Assembly (NCBI GenBank): GCA_012026655.1
Contig: JAAILG010000458.1
Coordinates: forward strand, 1-64,000
Reading direction: 5' to 3'
Source of the DNA: Hydrolagus affinis
Taxonomy: Eukaryota
DNA: 64,000 nucleotides
Shown here: one piece after another, positions 13,001 through 24,625 of the stretch
How the letters are laid out: each line of letters begins with the position of its first letter
Numbering within the stretch: the stretch's first letter is position 1
Translations under genes and position numbers: made by a program
Notes under the pieces: generated by a model
Told to the model about the DNA's origin: nothing
The model's database searches: none
The model's input: the letters and a program-made list of their open reading frames with translations, nothing else

Positions 13001-16000
13001 TGTCTTTGCCCCACCTCCCCCGCCCTCATTCCTCTAAGTGCCCATTGATTTTCCCCCATAGTTATTAAGGAAGGCGTTGAGCCGTCCCCCCAATGTGAGG
13101 CGGGCCATGTGACCTTGTGGTGATCGGTAGCTATACCCCAAGAAGGGCCGGAGCCTCATTGATCGGAGTGTCTCTCTTTTCTCAGGTCACCAACGAGATA
13201 ACGCCGGTGCTGTCGTACTCATACATGTCAGTGCTGGTGCCAGTGTTCCTGCTGACTGACTACCTGCGATACAAGCCCATTCTGATCCTCCAGAGCCTCA
13301 GCCATGTGGCTATCTGGCTGATGCTCCTCTTCGCCACCACTGTCCTGCAGATGCAGTTCATGGAGTTCTTCTATGGCATCACCATGGCCGCAAGGGTGGC
13401 CTATTCCTCCTACATCTTCACCCTGGTCAACCCCCAGTCTTACCAGAAGGTGGCCAGCTACTCCCGCTCCTCGGTCCTCATGGGAGTCTTTGTCAGCTCA
13501 GTATTGGGCCAGCTCTTTGTCACCCTGGGCAGCGTTCCCTTCTACACCTTGAACTACATCTCACTGGGCTTCGTCAGCTTTGCCTTCACCTTGACCCTGT
13601 TTCTCAAGAGGCCCAAAAGGACCATGTTCTTCAACACGCAAGCCTTGAGCTCCAACGGTGCAGTCCCTGATGAGGCGGACAAGGCTATCTCCATCCAGTT
13701 AGTTAATGAGAAACAGAAAACTGCTAAGCGCTGGGATTGGCGTGAGGCCGCATTAGTCAAGATGCTCTTGGAGCTGAAAGGTTAGTGGATGCCTTGCCTT
13801 GTAAGAGGGGCCTGTGATTGCTGGGTGGGTGCGCTTGTACCTCACTATCCTGATCGATCGCTGAGTGGGAGGGCTTGCACCTTGCAGCCACATCCTACGT
13901 AATTTTGTGTCACAAAAACAGGAAGAGGTCATTCAGTCGATTCCACCATTTTCTTAGCTCACGGTGCTTTAATGTTTCCACCCCATTTCCTCGCTTTTTC
14001 TCAACATCCCTCAATATGCTTCCCTCGTAGCAGTAATAATAATAATCCTTGCATTTTATACAGGGTATTTCACGTCTTCTAGACGTTTCAAAGCATTTCA
14101 CAGAATATACCAAAGTGAATTAACTGTATATTTGTAGGTGAAACTCAGCAGCCAATTGCGCGCAGAGGTGTCCCACAAACTGTCGTGGATTGAAGTAACC
14201 AATTTATTATTGGGGGATTTTCTGGAGGGGTTATTATCAGGCATGTAAAGTAAGGAAACTTTCCAAGATTTTGCCCTGCCGGGAATCGAACCCTGGCCTC
14301 TCATTTGTGAGGCAAGTGCTCTAACCACTGAGCTACAAGACTCCACAAGTACCCAGCAATATGATCCAAGAAGCAAATTATTAATGTCTAAAATATGGGG
14401 AAATCCATCTCCATTCTTTTTAGTACCCAAATCAAACTGGAAGTTCCATATATGGAAATTTCCATGTACTGTATATGGAATGGAATGTGCACTCTTTCTC
14501 CACTCCAGAGGGCCACATCATGATTACCTAATTCCGGAGAGTATTAGGCGCAGGTTGGCAAGAGCCAATGCTTAGGATCCCCGCAGTGTATTTATTATAT
14601 TCCATTACAAGACAAATTTTGTTGGAAGGCAGCTCAGCCACAGAGAGATCTACATCCCCTCCCCGCCCTGTGCCAACCTCCGTGGATATTGATGGTTAGC
14701 TGGTGATTTAGGTTTCCAAGACACTAGCCTGTGTGAGGGTGCTAAGTAAAAGTTGTTGTAGGTTGAGGGAAGTGTGCAGCAGCTCACCTTGTATATTCTC
14801 TTTCCAGACACCGTACGATCTCCTTGTTTAACGCTGTGGTCAGTGTGGTGGGTTTTCAACTCGACAGGCTATTACCTGGTGGTGTATTACGTCCAGATCC
14901 TCTGGGACAATATCTCCCCATCGCGGGAGAAGCAGGGAGTCTACAACGGAGGCGTGGATGCAGCCGCCACACTGCTAGGTACAGGGTCAGGATCTCTGCA
15001 GGCTTCAGGATCTGATCCAGACAACAGCAACAACACAATTACATTTATAGAGCACCGTCCACGTCGGGAAGACGTCCCAAAGCGCTGGGCCAGGCCTGTA
15101 ATATCTTAACCAATCACACCGAGCACACACATGCACGTATACATATACAGACATACATACACATCCTACACTTATTCTGCGCTGTTATATAACCAAGATA
15201 AATTGAGCAGGAGAGAGGTTTGAAGTGTTGAATGAGCTGTGAGTGTGTATTGATGTGGGGGTTGATGTCAGTTTGGGGAGGGTGCTGTGTGCGTGGGTTT
15301 GTCAGTGTGTGCTGTGTGTATGTTTATGTGTGGGAGCATGTGCTGTGTGTGTGGGGGTGGTTGGTGTTTTGTGTGTGCTTATCAGTGGGGTTGGTGCTGT
15401 ATGTGTGTGCACTGTACCCAGGTTCTGATATCTCCTGCCTGCAGGAGCCATCGCCTCATTCTCGGCTGGCCATGTGAAGCTGCGCTGGTCCCTTTGGGCG
15501 GAGGTTGTGATCTGTGTGATCACAGCCGCTCAAGCTGCCCTCCTCTTCATCATGAACACCACCAGCAATATCTGGATCTGCTACGTGGCCTTCGTCCTGT
15601 TCCGCAGCAGCCATCAGTTCCTGGTGCCCATTGCTATGTAAGTACATTGTGTCAGAGTCAGCGTCTTTGGACATACTCCTGACGTGAGAAATGCTATACA
15701 AGTGTAATTTTGTTTTTGTTGTGAGTTTTTTTAGTTTTTGTTGTGTCAGAGTCACCCTGTGAGTGCAGTGTCAGAGTCACCCTGTTGAGTACAGTGTGTC
15801 AGAGTCACCATGTAAATACAGTAAAAGCCCGTTTATCTGGCACCCTCGGGACCTGGCCAATGCTGGTTAAAGTGTGTGCCGGATATTTGTCTGAAAACAC
15901 GATCAATCAATCAATCAATCGATCAATCAATCAATCAATCAAAAAAAATTGGTGCATTTTTCCGGATAAATTCCGTTAGTTGAATGCGGACCTTTTTTTT

Positions 16001-19000
16001 GTGATGCTGGTTACACGGAAGTTACGGTTGATCAGGTGTTAGATAAACAAGTTTTTGCTGTACTGTGTGTACATGCTGCATTAATCCAGGCTCGGGGATG
16101 ATGATTTGGCTGGATATTAAAGATTCCCTGATTGTAGAGCGGGAAATGTGCGCTGTGGTTAAGGCTGCCGATATTGGCTGCTATGTTGCTGATGGCCTCT
16201 CTTGTGCTGCTAGTTTCCAGATCGCCACATCCCTGACCAAGGAGCTGTGTGCCCTTGTCTTTGGAATGAACACCTTCCTCGCCACCATTCTCAAGACCAT
16301 CATTACGATCATCATCGCCGACAAGAGGGGTCTGGCCCTTCATGTCAACAACCAGGTGGGTGGCTGACATGAACGTAGACTGCAAAAAATACTGCTCTAA
16401 TGCACTGTACTGTCACACATAATCTCCCTAGGCTGGGAGAATTCCTGGTGGGTGTCCGATGCTGATTGTTATCTATGTGTTGGGTGGGTGGGGGTTAAGG
16501 CCACTCATGGGCTCTGGGGGAGCTGATGCCGAGGAGGCCTGAGGCTAATGACACACTGGCTGGCCGCTGCCCAAAACTGTTAGACATTGAACCAATTTCA
16601 TCACGTCTTAGCTTCCCTGCTTCCCACTTTTCTACCCACCACTCATTTTCTCCCTCCTGTCCCAATGAAACATGGAGGAATTATTCCCTCACTGACTAAA
16701 TGGCATAAATTTATTAATAATAACTTAATATTCCATTTAATATAGTGTCGTATCATGCTGTTGAGACATCCCAAATTCCTTCACAGGATTTTTTTTTACT
16801 GTGAAGTGCAGTGACAATAACAATACAATTACATTTGTATAGCACCTTTCACGTAGGGAGGATGTATTTGTAGGCGAACGTGGCAACAACGTCTCACAGA
16901 AAGCCAGTGAAATGAGTGACTGATTTGGGGTGGGGGCTGTCAGCTACGACAGTAGGAAAGAGAAAAAAAGAGAAAAGATGGCACCTCCAACAATGCAACA
17001 TGCCCCCAGCCCTGCATTGGAGTGTCCATCTAGACTGTGAGCTGACGTGGGGCTTGAATCTAGTTAAGATAATTGATAGGGAGCAAAGGGGGAAGATTAG
17101 GATGATGTTTTTATTCATGGAGTTGGGTATGGTGTCAAGTCTGAATACATATTGGCATTTAAGAGGGAACTAGTTAGATATCTTAAAAAAAAGGGTCATC
17201 TGTAGGATTTGGGGAGAAATGGAAGATAAATGTTTCTCTTTCAAAGAGCAGCACAACATAATAGGCTGCCTTCTGTGCTGTAAATGTCTGTGGTGCTGCT
17301 AAACTCTCCTCACGCTCAATCCTGCCTGTTTTTTAAAATCATATTAACAATATAATAATCTGGTAATTGATAGAGTACCTGTGAGATCTGAAGTATCTTG
17401 AACCACCTCACTGTTAATTGCTCTCAAGTGTAGTGACGATGAGGTGAACAACTGATTTTATTCCAGGGGGATGAGGAAGGGGCATGGGAGGTGGTGAGCT
17501 TTAATGGGGGAGGAATGTCTGTCAATGAGTCGGGGTCTATTTTGTTCCAAACTTGTTGCTAAACTTAACAATATCTCTGTAATGGGAGTTTTTCATCATA
17601 GCCTGGCCAAATCAATCCTGGTGTTGTAGGGGAGTATGGAGAAATTCCTCATGTATTTTAGGCTTAAAACCAAAGGCTTAAAATATGATTTGATGCGTGC
17701 GATGTGCAGTGGGAAATCAGATCCTGAAACTGTATTTCACACTGTTTTTCAGTTCTCGGGCCTGAGAACATGGAAGATTTTTTTTAAATGCAGTGGGAGG
17801 AGGCAGGGATACGTGCTCGCTTGCAAGTCTGACAATTCCACGTTTATCCACTGGCTTTAGAAACCTTTCAGCTCCTGATCACAAGAATAATCTTGAGTCA
17901 AGAACAGAGCTATTTACTTCCTCCCCACCACCCCCATCTGTCAGCCCTCATTACGTCAAACCAAGCTTTAATTTGTTTGCCTGTGTGAAGATTAACTATA
18001 GGGTTCGGTAAGTAATGAGTGTTTGTACCAAGGCAACTATGTGCGGCAGCCTGGCTCAGTTGGTAGCATTCTCGCCTCGGTGAGTCAGGAGGTTGTGGCT
18101 ACAAGTTCCCCACATCAGGACTCGGAGCTTGTATAGTCTAAGCTGGCACTCCGCAGTGTAGTGTCGATGAGATGCTAGGTGATTGCTGCATTGTCAGAAG
18201 TGCCATCCATCAGATGAGGTGTTAAACCGAGACCCATCTATCTGTTCAGATGGTGATATAGATCCTTTTCAACATCTATTGCTCCCCCTTGGTGACATCA
18301 TCTGCAGACATGGGGTCAAGTTCCGTATGTATGCTGATGACACCCAACTCTATCTTTCTGCCTCCACCCTCGATTCTAGAGGGTAATTTTCTGTCCTGAC
18401 AGACTGCCTGTCGGATATCAAGTCCAAGATGAGAGCTAACTTTCTACAAGTCCCACCTCAAGACCCTCCTCTTCAGCCATGGCATCGGCCGTCCCCCTTT
18501 CCCCCGCTTTCCTCCACCCTCCCTGATCCCAAACCCATCTTGCGTCCGAAACACTAACTGTCCAGCACTTCAGGATGTCCTTTCACCGTAATGTAATTTT
18601 GTTGTTTTTGTTGATTCCATTACAGTGTTGACACTTTGAGATGTTGATGTTATGGCCACTCTATCAAGTGTGTGGGTTATTATTAATGAAAAGGTTTATT
18701 CTAGATTTATTCTCATTGGAACAAAGAAGGTTGCAAGGAGACCTAATAGAGGTTTTTAAGATCATGAGAGGATTCGACAGAGTAGATAGGGAAAAACTGT
18801 TTCCACTGCTGGGCATATCAGTGACTCGTGGTCACAGATTTGAAATAGTTTCAAAAAGAAGCAGGGGGAAGGTGAGGAGAAATTTTTTCACCCAGCGAGT
18901 TGTTCGAATCTAGAATGCATTGCCTGAAAAGGTGGTGGAGGCTGATTTGATAACAACTTTTAAAAGAGAGGTAGACATTTATTTGGGGAGGACGGGTTTG

Positions 19001-22000
19001 TGAGGTTATGGGGAGAGAGCTGGGGAGTGGGATTAAATTGCTCTTGTTAAAGAGCCAGCACAGACTTGATGGGCCGAATGGCCTCCTTTTGTGCCGTAAG
19101 ATTCTATGATTCTATGAAAACATTGTAAATTCTGATCTCTGACCAGACTCCCAGAGACTCATCACTTCTTGCTCCACCCCCACCCCCCCCCAATCAGCTA
19201 AGTTCTACCATGTATGTATTCATACATACAATATAAGTGGAGTCCTGTATTGTAGTGGTTAGCACACTCGCCTTGCAAGTGGGAGCACAAAAGTTAGATT
19301 TCTGGGTGGGCCCCCCTCCCACCAAAAGAAAAGTTGAAACTCAATGTGAAACTGTTTGTGGGATATTGCTATGCGCAAATGGTTGCAAAATATACAGTAA
19401 ACCCAAGGTGACGATACCCAATTGGAAGAGGATAATTTCAGAGACTTGAAAAGCGATCAGTCTCATGTGGATTGGAAACAAAGATTGGCAGGTAAAACAG
19501 TAAATGAGCAATGGGAGGTCTTCAAGAAGGAGATACTTTGGGTGTAGACTAAGCACATCCCATGAAGGGGAAAAGTAGGGCATCCAAAGCTAGTGACTAA
19601 AGAAATTGGGATTAAAATGAAACAGAGAAAGGAGACATATGATAAATGTCAGGTTCAAAGTACACGTTAGCAAAGTTGAAGCCCATGGGATTAAAGGAAC
19701 AGCATGGATTCGAAATTGGCTGGGAGACAGAAAGCAGAGAGTAGTGGTTGTTTTTCAGACTGGAGGGAAATGTCCCCCAAAGGTTGATATTAGGAGTACA
19801 GCTCTTTTTAATATATTTAAAGACTTGGTTATAGAGACTTGGTTATAGAGAGCAAAATTTTTAAGTTTTGCAGATGACATAAACCTTGGAAACTTAGTAA
19901 ATGGTGAGGAGGGTTAGTAACCAGAGAACACAAATATTTTTACCCAAAACGGTCTGCCTGAAAGGATTGTGGGAGCAGATTCAATAATTGTTTTCGAAAG
20001 GGAATGAAACAGGTAGTTAAAAAGGAAGAATTTGCAGGGAAATGGGATAAGAGCGGAGGGTAGGACTAATTGATAGTTCTTTCAACAATCCAGGACAGGC
20101 ACAATGGGTCGAATTGGCCTCCTTTTTTGTGAAATTCCATTATTCTAAATTCACTTTACAATATACTCTGAAGCTCTTTGTGACGTCTCAATGATGGGAT
20201 AAGATGCCATATCAACTGCAAGTAATATTCAAAGATATACTAAAAGGCAGAGTGAGCTGCCATGAATTATAAAAATAACTTGAGGAATGAATGGCTGCCT
20301 CTGTCCTAAGCCGAAAGACCAAAGGTTTGAAACTAGCTTTGTCACAAGACCCAGTTATAGAGAAAAATGCTGCTAATATTTTTTTTGTCTCCTTCAATTT
20401 CTCCATAAACTGGGGAGAGGACAAAATAAACTATCGTTTTTCATACTAATGATCCTTACATTTCATGTGGTATCTCAAAGCATCGTACGGGAGTTTTAGT
20501 CCAGAGTGTGTGTTCAAAGTCCCGATGTGGGGCTTAAACTCACAAGTTTCTAACTCAGAAGTGAGATTGCTACTGTTGCCCTGTTTTTGTCATCAAGTAG
20601 AAGGTTTGTGTGCAGTGTTCGAGAAATGCTGCATTGTTGGAGGTACTGTCCTTCAGATGAGATATTTGAACCCATCCCGTGGTCCCATCTGCCTGTTCAT
20701 GATCGCACGGCTCTAATTGAAAAGTGAAGTTTCTCCTGGTGTCCAGGCCACCAATCCCCCAAATCAAATTAGTTTCATAGCTATTTGTAGGACATTGCTG
20801 TGCGCAATTGGGCTGCTGCATTCCCCTGCAAATAAATACACAGTCACTCCACTTCAAGGCATATCCTATGAAGCGCTTTGGGACGCTCTCCTGATGTGAA
20901 AGGCACTATACTAAATACAAAGAATGTTGTTATTTTTATTCTTAAAGCTGAGGGAGATGCTTGTGGACCTTTTCAAGTATTTGAATCCAGGAGGATGACT
21001 GAGCTGTAGGTACACTCAACTGCCAAAGGCTGCATTGTGTGGTTTCAGGCACAGGAGATTAGATAATTCCGAAATGCATCACCACAACCACACTTTTACT
21101 GCCTTGTTTTATCAAAAAACAGGAAGCTGGAAACTTCTGTTCGCTTTAAGAAACAGCCAAAGCCACAGTGGCAGCAGATTCTGCCCAAGCATTGGATTCC
21201 TGGTTTTCCGTCCAGCCATCTGTTTGTTATTATCAGCCAAACGTTACGTTTTCGTTTGCTCATCAAAGCCATGCGGCACCAAAACAAGTTTTATTTTTAT
21301 TATTAACCAGCTAAACCTCCATTGAACTGTGAAGCACATGTGGTTTGTGGAGGAGGAGATGTCATCAATGTATGAGAGGTTGGACTGACTATTGCTTTGG
21401 CTGATGGACTGGTTTACAGAGAGGGGGAGTGGGGATGCTGGGTATTCAAATCCCTCTAGTCTTGCAGTAGGAGACATTTTCAGCACTGAGAGGAAGCCAT
21501 TCAACGTTTTGAGTCTTTGGCAACGCTGCTTGATTTTTTATCATTTAAAAATAAATATGAAAAGGTGGTGTATTCAATAATGTTTCTAATCTCCTTCCCA
21601 TCGCCGTATGTCGTTCTGCTTCTGGTCTGGTGTCCTGTCGCTGAGTTGCTGTTCTACGGGCACTGGAATTTCTCCTAACCCTGGGACCAATTTAATCTCC
21701 ACATTCAACCCCAGCAAAACCAGCACGGTGCAGTGAGCACCTGGTCTGTCAGACGCAACACCATCCTGGCTGATGCCACCTGCCAGTTCTTTTGCTCTCT
21801 CTCTTTCACTCGTGAGCGCTGGCTGTTGTGCAACTTGAACAGCATTGCCCCCTGATCTCAGGGTTCAAGTCCAGCCCTTCCCTGGTGCCTATTAACCTAT
21901 AATATGCTACACAGGAGTTTATCAGTCCTGGAAGTGTTTTAGGCCAGGGTTTAGTGTGAATGGACTAAATCAATAATCAGCGACAACAAATTCCATTTAT

Positions 22001-23593
22001 ACAACACCTTTTATGTCAGAAGGATGTCCCAGAGTGCTGGACAGTTGAGGGTTTGCACCCGAGCTGAGGGTTGGAATCAAGAGATGGGAATGGTAGGTAG
22101 AAGGTGGCTGAAGAGGAAGGTCTTGACACTGGCCTTGAAGGAGGCATGGGGACAATGCAGAGGGATTTGGGGTGGAGTTCTGATTGGGGGAGTCGTGTTC
22201 AAAAGGAGGCATTTTTGCAGAGGGGAATGATGTGATGTGATGTGCTTTAAATAAAAGTCTAATCGCTTTCAAGCATTTTATGTACTATAGAAACGATCAA
22301 CACAGCAGGGAGGCCATTCAGACCATTAGGCTCTGCCAGTGGTTGCTCCTCCAAGCACACTAATCCCAATTGCATGCTCTTTCCTCAAACCCTTAATACC
22401 CTAATTCAGTTGCATGTATTGTAGACATGAAGTTATGTGGTGGCATCAGAGACTCTGCGCTGCTGTAATGTGTGGGTTGTTGTCAGTGTTAGACTGGCTC
22501 AGTCACTCTCACTTCTATGTCAGGAGGTTTGGGGGTTTAAGGATTTTGAGCTCATAGTCTGGAGACGTTCTCCTGACCTGAAAAGCACTGTATCAAGTAC
22601 AAGGATCACGGTTGTTCTATGTGTTTCCGCAGCGTCTTGGAAAACAAAAACAGCCGGCCTGGAGAGGCTAGAATTTCCCAGGATGTGATGGTTATGTTTG
22701 TCAAAGTAAAGATAAGTGCATGTAACTGAGTGCATGAGACAGCAGCACAAAAGACGAGCAGAGAAAGAGTAACTTGTATTTATATAGTGTCCTTCACATG
22801 GGGTGACATCGCAGAGCCCTGCACTGGTATAGTAGTGGATGTCAAGCAGGGCAGATGATGAGGTGATCATAGATGTGTTGGAAGAGGTGGGAAGTGAGTG
22901 GATACTTAAATACAAAAAGAAAGATGTAGAGGGAGCACAGGGCCTGAGGGATTGAGTGATGTATAATAATATAATAATCCTTGCATTTGAAATATCGCCT
23001 TATCAGGTTGTTGAAATTTCTCAAAGAATTTCACAGAATTTATTGTAAAGTGGATTGACTATATTTTGTGGGTGAAATGCTGTAGCCGATTGTACACAGC
23101 AGTGTTCTACAAGCCTCATTGGTTGAGTGACCAAATGTTTTTTGAGGGTTTATTACTTTGGGAAAGTGATGCGCCAATCGACTAACAACCTAATTCCTAC
23201 TTACTGCTAAGTCAACAGAGGCTGGTGGAGTAAGTAAGCCAAATCCAGGTGCTCTTGCATCTGACTATGATACCAACCACTACACTAAGGGATTCCACAT
23301 ATGCTATAGGGCTCCAGTTGGAACAGACTAGATGTTGACATGCTGTATCACTATAAACGAGGTGTTGAAAATCTCTCTCTCTCTCTTTCTCTCTGCAGTT
23401 CTTTGTTTACTTTGGTTACTTCACTCTGCTGGCGACCGCCTATCTGGGGAAAGCGATGTATGTCATCTGTTCGCACCATCGCAAGAAAAGGACTCAGCGG
23501 AAGGAGGAGCTGGAGAGCAAGGAGCTGTGCAGTCCGAACAGAGTGCCAGACGAGAGCCACACCACTGACCCCATGGCCTGCTCCAAGGCATGA
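890..23593 (+). CDS. SLC19A1: Reduced folate transporter SLC19A1, spliced gene: join(890-1051,13186-13780,14808-14978,15445-15637,16214-16355,23399-23593), 1458 nt, 485 aa
   Basis: RFC motifs LCFYGFMAQIKPAESFITPYLL, NFT sequon, VTNEITPVLSYSY, LTDYLRYKP, AARVAYSSYIF, YNGGVDAAATLLG, LFRSSHQFLVPIA, FQIATSLTKELCALVFG; all introns GT-AG with matching phases; convergent with COL18A1 as in mammals. Confidence 0.96.
1836..2235. repeat. Local duplicate of 2752-3135 (SINE head plus its 5' flank), bounded by a 13-bp direct repeat
   Basis: Colinear match to 2752-3135; AAGTCTACTAGAG at 1823-1835 and 2233-2245. Confidence 0.85.
2575..2865 (-). mobile_element. tRNA-derived Deu-domain SINE (family A)
   Basis: Reverse copy of the 5175-5439 element with (ATT)n tail. 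Confidence 0.8.
3716..4035 (-). mobile_element. tRNA-derived Deu-domain SINE (family A), full length
   Basis: tRNA-like head with A and B boxes, GTGGGACACTGCTGTGCGCAATTGGCTG core, (ATT)n tail. Confidence 0.88.
4651..5170 (-). mobile_element. L2-clade LINE 3' fragment
   Basis: (GTT)-type tail on the minus strand; similar to 40110-40730. Confidence 0.75.
5175..5439 (+). mobile_element. tRNA(Val-like)-derived Deu-domain SINE (family A)
   Basis: TAGCTCAGTGG A box, GTTCGAATCC B box, TTACAA anticodon loop, L2-like 3' end, (ATT)n tail. Confidence 0.88.
6225..6612 (+). mobile_element. Older SacSINE1-like DeuSINE (family B), degenerate
   Basis: GCTCAGTT head, CTAGGCTG..CCAGTGCAGT body, TGCTGTGTACAAATTGGCTG Deu core. 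Confidence 0.6.
6897..7806 (-). mobile_element. Tigger/pogo non-autonomous DNA transposon with transposase N-terminal remnant
   Basis: Imperfect TIRs CAGGGAAACCTCTATTTAGGACG / CGTCCTAAGTCGGGGCTTACCTG, TA at the right end; minus-strand RKVITLNTKLEMIKRIES...STVATI resembles the CENP-B/psq HTH. Confidence 0.85.
8511..9256. mobile_element. Tigger-like non-autonomous DNA transposon
   Basis: TIRs CAGGTAGACCCGCTTA / TAAGCGGGGTCTACCTG flanked by TA; a second Tigger-like end (CAGGTTGAGCA) nested near 8688. Confidence 0.82.
9288..10303 (-). mobile_element. Tigger-like deletion derivative with CENP-B HTH remnant
   Basis: TIRs CAGTAATCCATCCCCAACTGCG / CGCAATTGGGGTGGGGTTGCTG, TA flanks; minus-strand NIWMEDQNQKKVNVNYAWLRKK. 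Confidence 0.8.
11225..11435 (+). mobile_element. Family A SINE, 5'-truncated
   Basis: Body and tail match 5175-5439 and 3716-4035. Confidence 0.75.
13186..13780 (+). CDS. SLC19A1: SLC19A1 coding exon 2 (VTNEITPV...LLELK)
   Basis: tttctcag acceptor, G|gttagt donor, 595 nt, phase 0 to 1; TM2-TM6. Confidence 0.95.
14035..14344 (-). mobile_element. Family A SINE, full length
   Basis: Head, Deu core and (ATT)n tail all present. Confidence 0.85.
14808..14978 (+). CDS. SLC19A1: SLC19A1 coding exon 3 (DTVRSPCLTLWSVWW...AATLL)
   Basis: tttccag acceptor, G|gtacag donor, 171 nt, phase 1 to 1. Confidence 0.93.
15445..15637 (+). CDS. SLC19A1: SLC19A1 coding exon 4 (GAIASFSAGHVK...FLVPIA)
   Basis: ctgcag acceptor, AT|gtaagt donor, 193 nt, phase 1 to 2; frame not shown in the ORF track. 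Confidence 0.93.
15819..16060. mobile_element. Tigger-type MITE
   Basis: TIRs CAGTAAAAGCCCGTTTATC / GATAAACAAGTTTTTGCTG, TA flanks; related copy in opposite orientation at 55941-56148. Confidence 0.82.
16214..16355 (+). CDS. SLC19A1: SLC19A1 coding exon 5 (FQIATSLTKE...HVNNQ)
   Basis: gctag acceptor, CAG|gtgggt donor, 142 nt, phase 2 to 0. Confidence 0.93.
18045..18260 (+). mobile_element. SacSINE1-like SINE 5' part (family B)
   Basis: GGCTCAGTTGGTAGCA..CTCGCCTC..GAGTCAG head; GATGAG..GTTAAACCGAG body. Confidence 0.7.
18262..18612 (+). mobile_element. L2 LINE remnant (RT motif YADDTQLY joined to 3' end)
   Basis: ORF 18183-18386 contains LPLGDIICRHGVKFRMYADDTQLY; ends AATGTAATTTTGTTGTT. Confidence 0.75.
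18700..19116 (+). mobile_element. CR1-clade LINE 3' end
   Basis: LFSLEQRRLQGDLIEVFKIMRGFDRVDREKLFP...FFTQRVV, the CR1 ORF2 C-terminus; (ATTCTATG)2 tail. Confidence 0.9.
19400..20147 (+). mobile_element. Degenerate CR1 LINE fragments
   Basis: KVEAHGIKG..WIRNWLGDRKQRVV and KFADD-like remnants; CR1-like 3' UTR. Confidence 0.65.
23399..23593 (+). CDS. SLC19A1: SLC19A1 coding exon 6 (FFVYFGYFTLLATAYL...ACSKA*)
   Basis: Long (CT)n acceptor ending ctgcag, TM12, TGA at 23591-23593. Confidence 0.92.
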   Translation, partial: FFVYFGYFTLLATAYLGKAMYVICSHHRKKRTQRKEELESKELCSPNRVPDESHTTDPMACSKA

Positions 23594-24327
23594 CCCAGGC
23601 ATGGCCTGGACTGACAACAATAACAAAACTACATTTGTATAGTGCTTTTCAGGTCAGGAGGACGTCCCAAGGCACCGACTGCCTTAAAGCACAGCTGGAA
23701 TGTCGAGAGGCATTCATCTTAATATTTGACTTAATATATATTTGGAAGAAATTGATAGCTTGAACACCTTGTCAGACAGCAATAGCCTGGAAAACAACCA
23801 GCCAGCAGGTAGAGTAGAATCCAGTTTAGAGACAGGGTGCTACCTGCATCTCTCTAGTCCTGTCCAACACAATATGGAAAAGCTCACAAGAAACAGGATA
23901 GAAACAGGTCTGAACACAGCAGATCAGAGGAGGTTACTGTGAAGGGGGATGTGGGGGAGGTGATGGTATGGTGATCCAGTCATTCCTGTTCAGACTTTAC
24001 TTCCACTGGGAATCCTCTTAAACCTCGAGCTCCCAGCTCCTGAGCTTCATGTTCCATCTACAAAACATACAGTCACCACACTTTTACTGCAAATCCTGCA
24101 AAGTGCTTTGAGACATGAAAGGCTCTGTACCAAATGCAAGGAATGTTATTATTATTATCATTGTTCCTATCTTGACTGGCTGAGAAACTAAGCTGAAAGC
24201 CCAAGGCCATGCCCCTTTACCCCCACGCTGGATCTTCCTCCCACCATCATAACTGGAGCCTCCAAGCCCTACTCAGACTCTTTGGACCGTTGTTAGGACA
24301 ATCAGAGGACCTTACAGCACATAACAC

Positions 24328-24625
24328 AAGGGTCGATATGGAAATTTTCCGATATCGATATATCGGTGGGCTCATATCGATATATACCAATGTATCGATA
24401 TCACCAGTTTTTTTTATCCTGTGTATGCGCGCACATTCGGAGGTGCGCGCGCATTCTGGTGTGCCATATATCTATATATCGCCGGATACTATATACCGAT
24501 ATTTTGCGATATACCAATTTTTTTTATATACCGAATTTTTCGATATACCAATATATTCAAATCTCCAATATCGGCATATCGATATGAAAAATTATACTGA
24601 TATAACCGATATATCGCCGGATACT
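24328..24625. mobile_element. CGATA/GATATC-rich non-autonomous DNA element (hAT-like MITE, tentative)
   Basis: Dense CGATAT/ATATCG motifs in both orientations; flanked by direct repeat ACATAACAC. Confidence 0.55.

Noticed and set aside
15650-15810. Repeated GTGTCAGAGTCA(CC) units
   Set aside because: Short degenerate minisatellite without unique spacers; not CRISPR-like
890-23593. Alternative call as thiamine transporter SLC19A2 or SLC19A3
   Set aside because: AARVAY, LFRxxxQFLVP and CALVFG motifs are RFC-type, and synteny with COL18A1 matches SLC19A1
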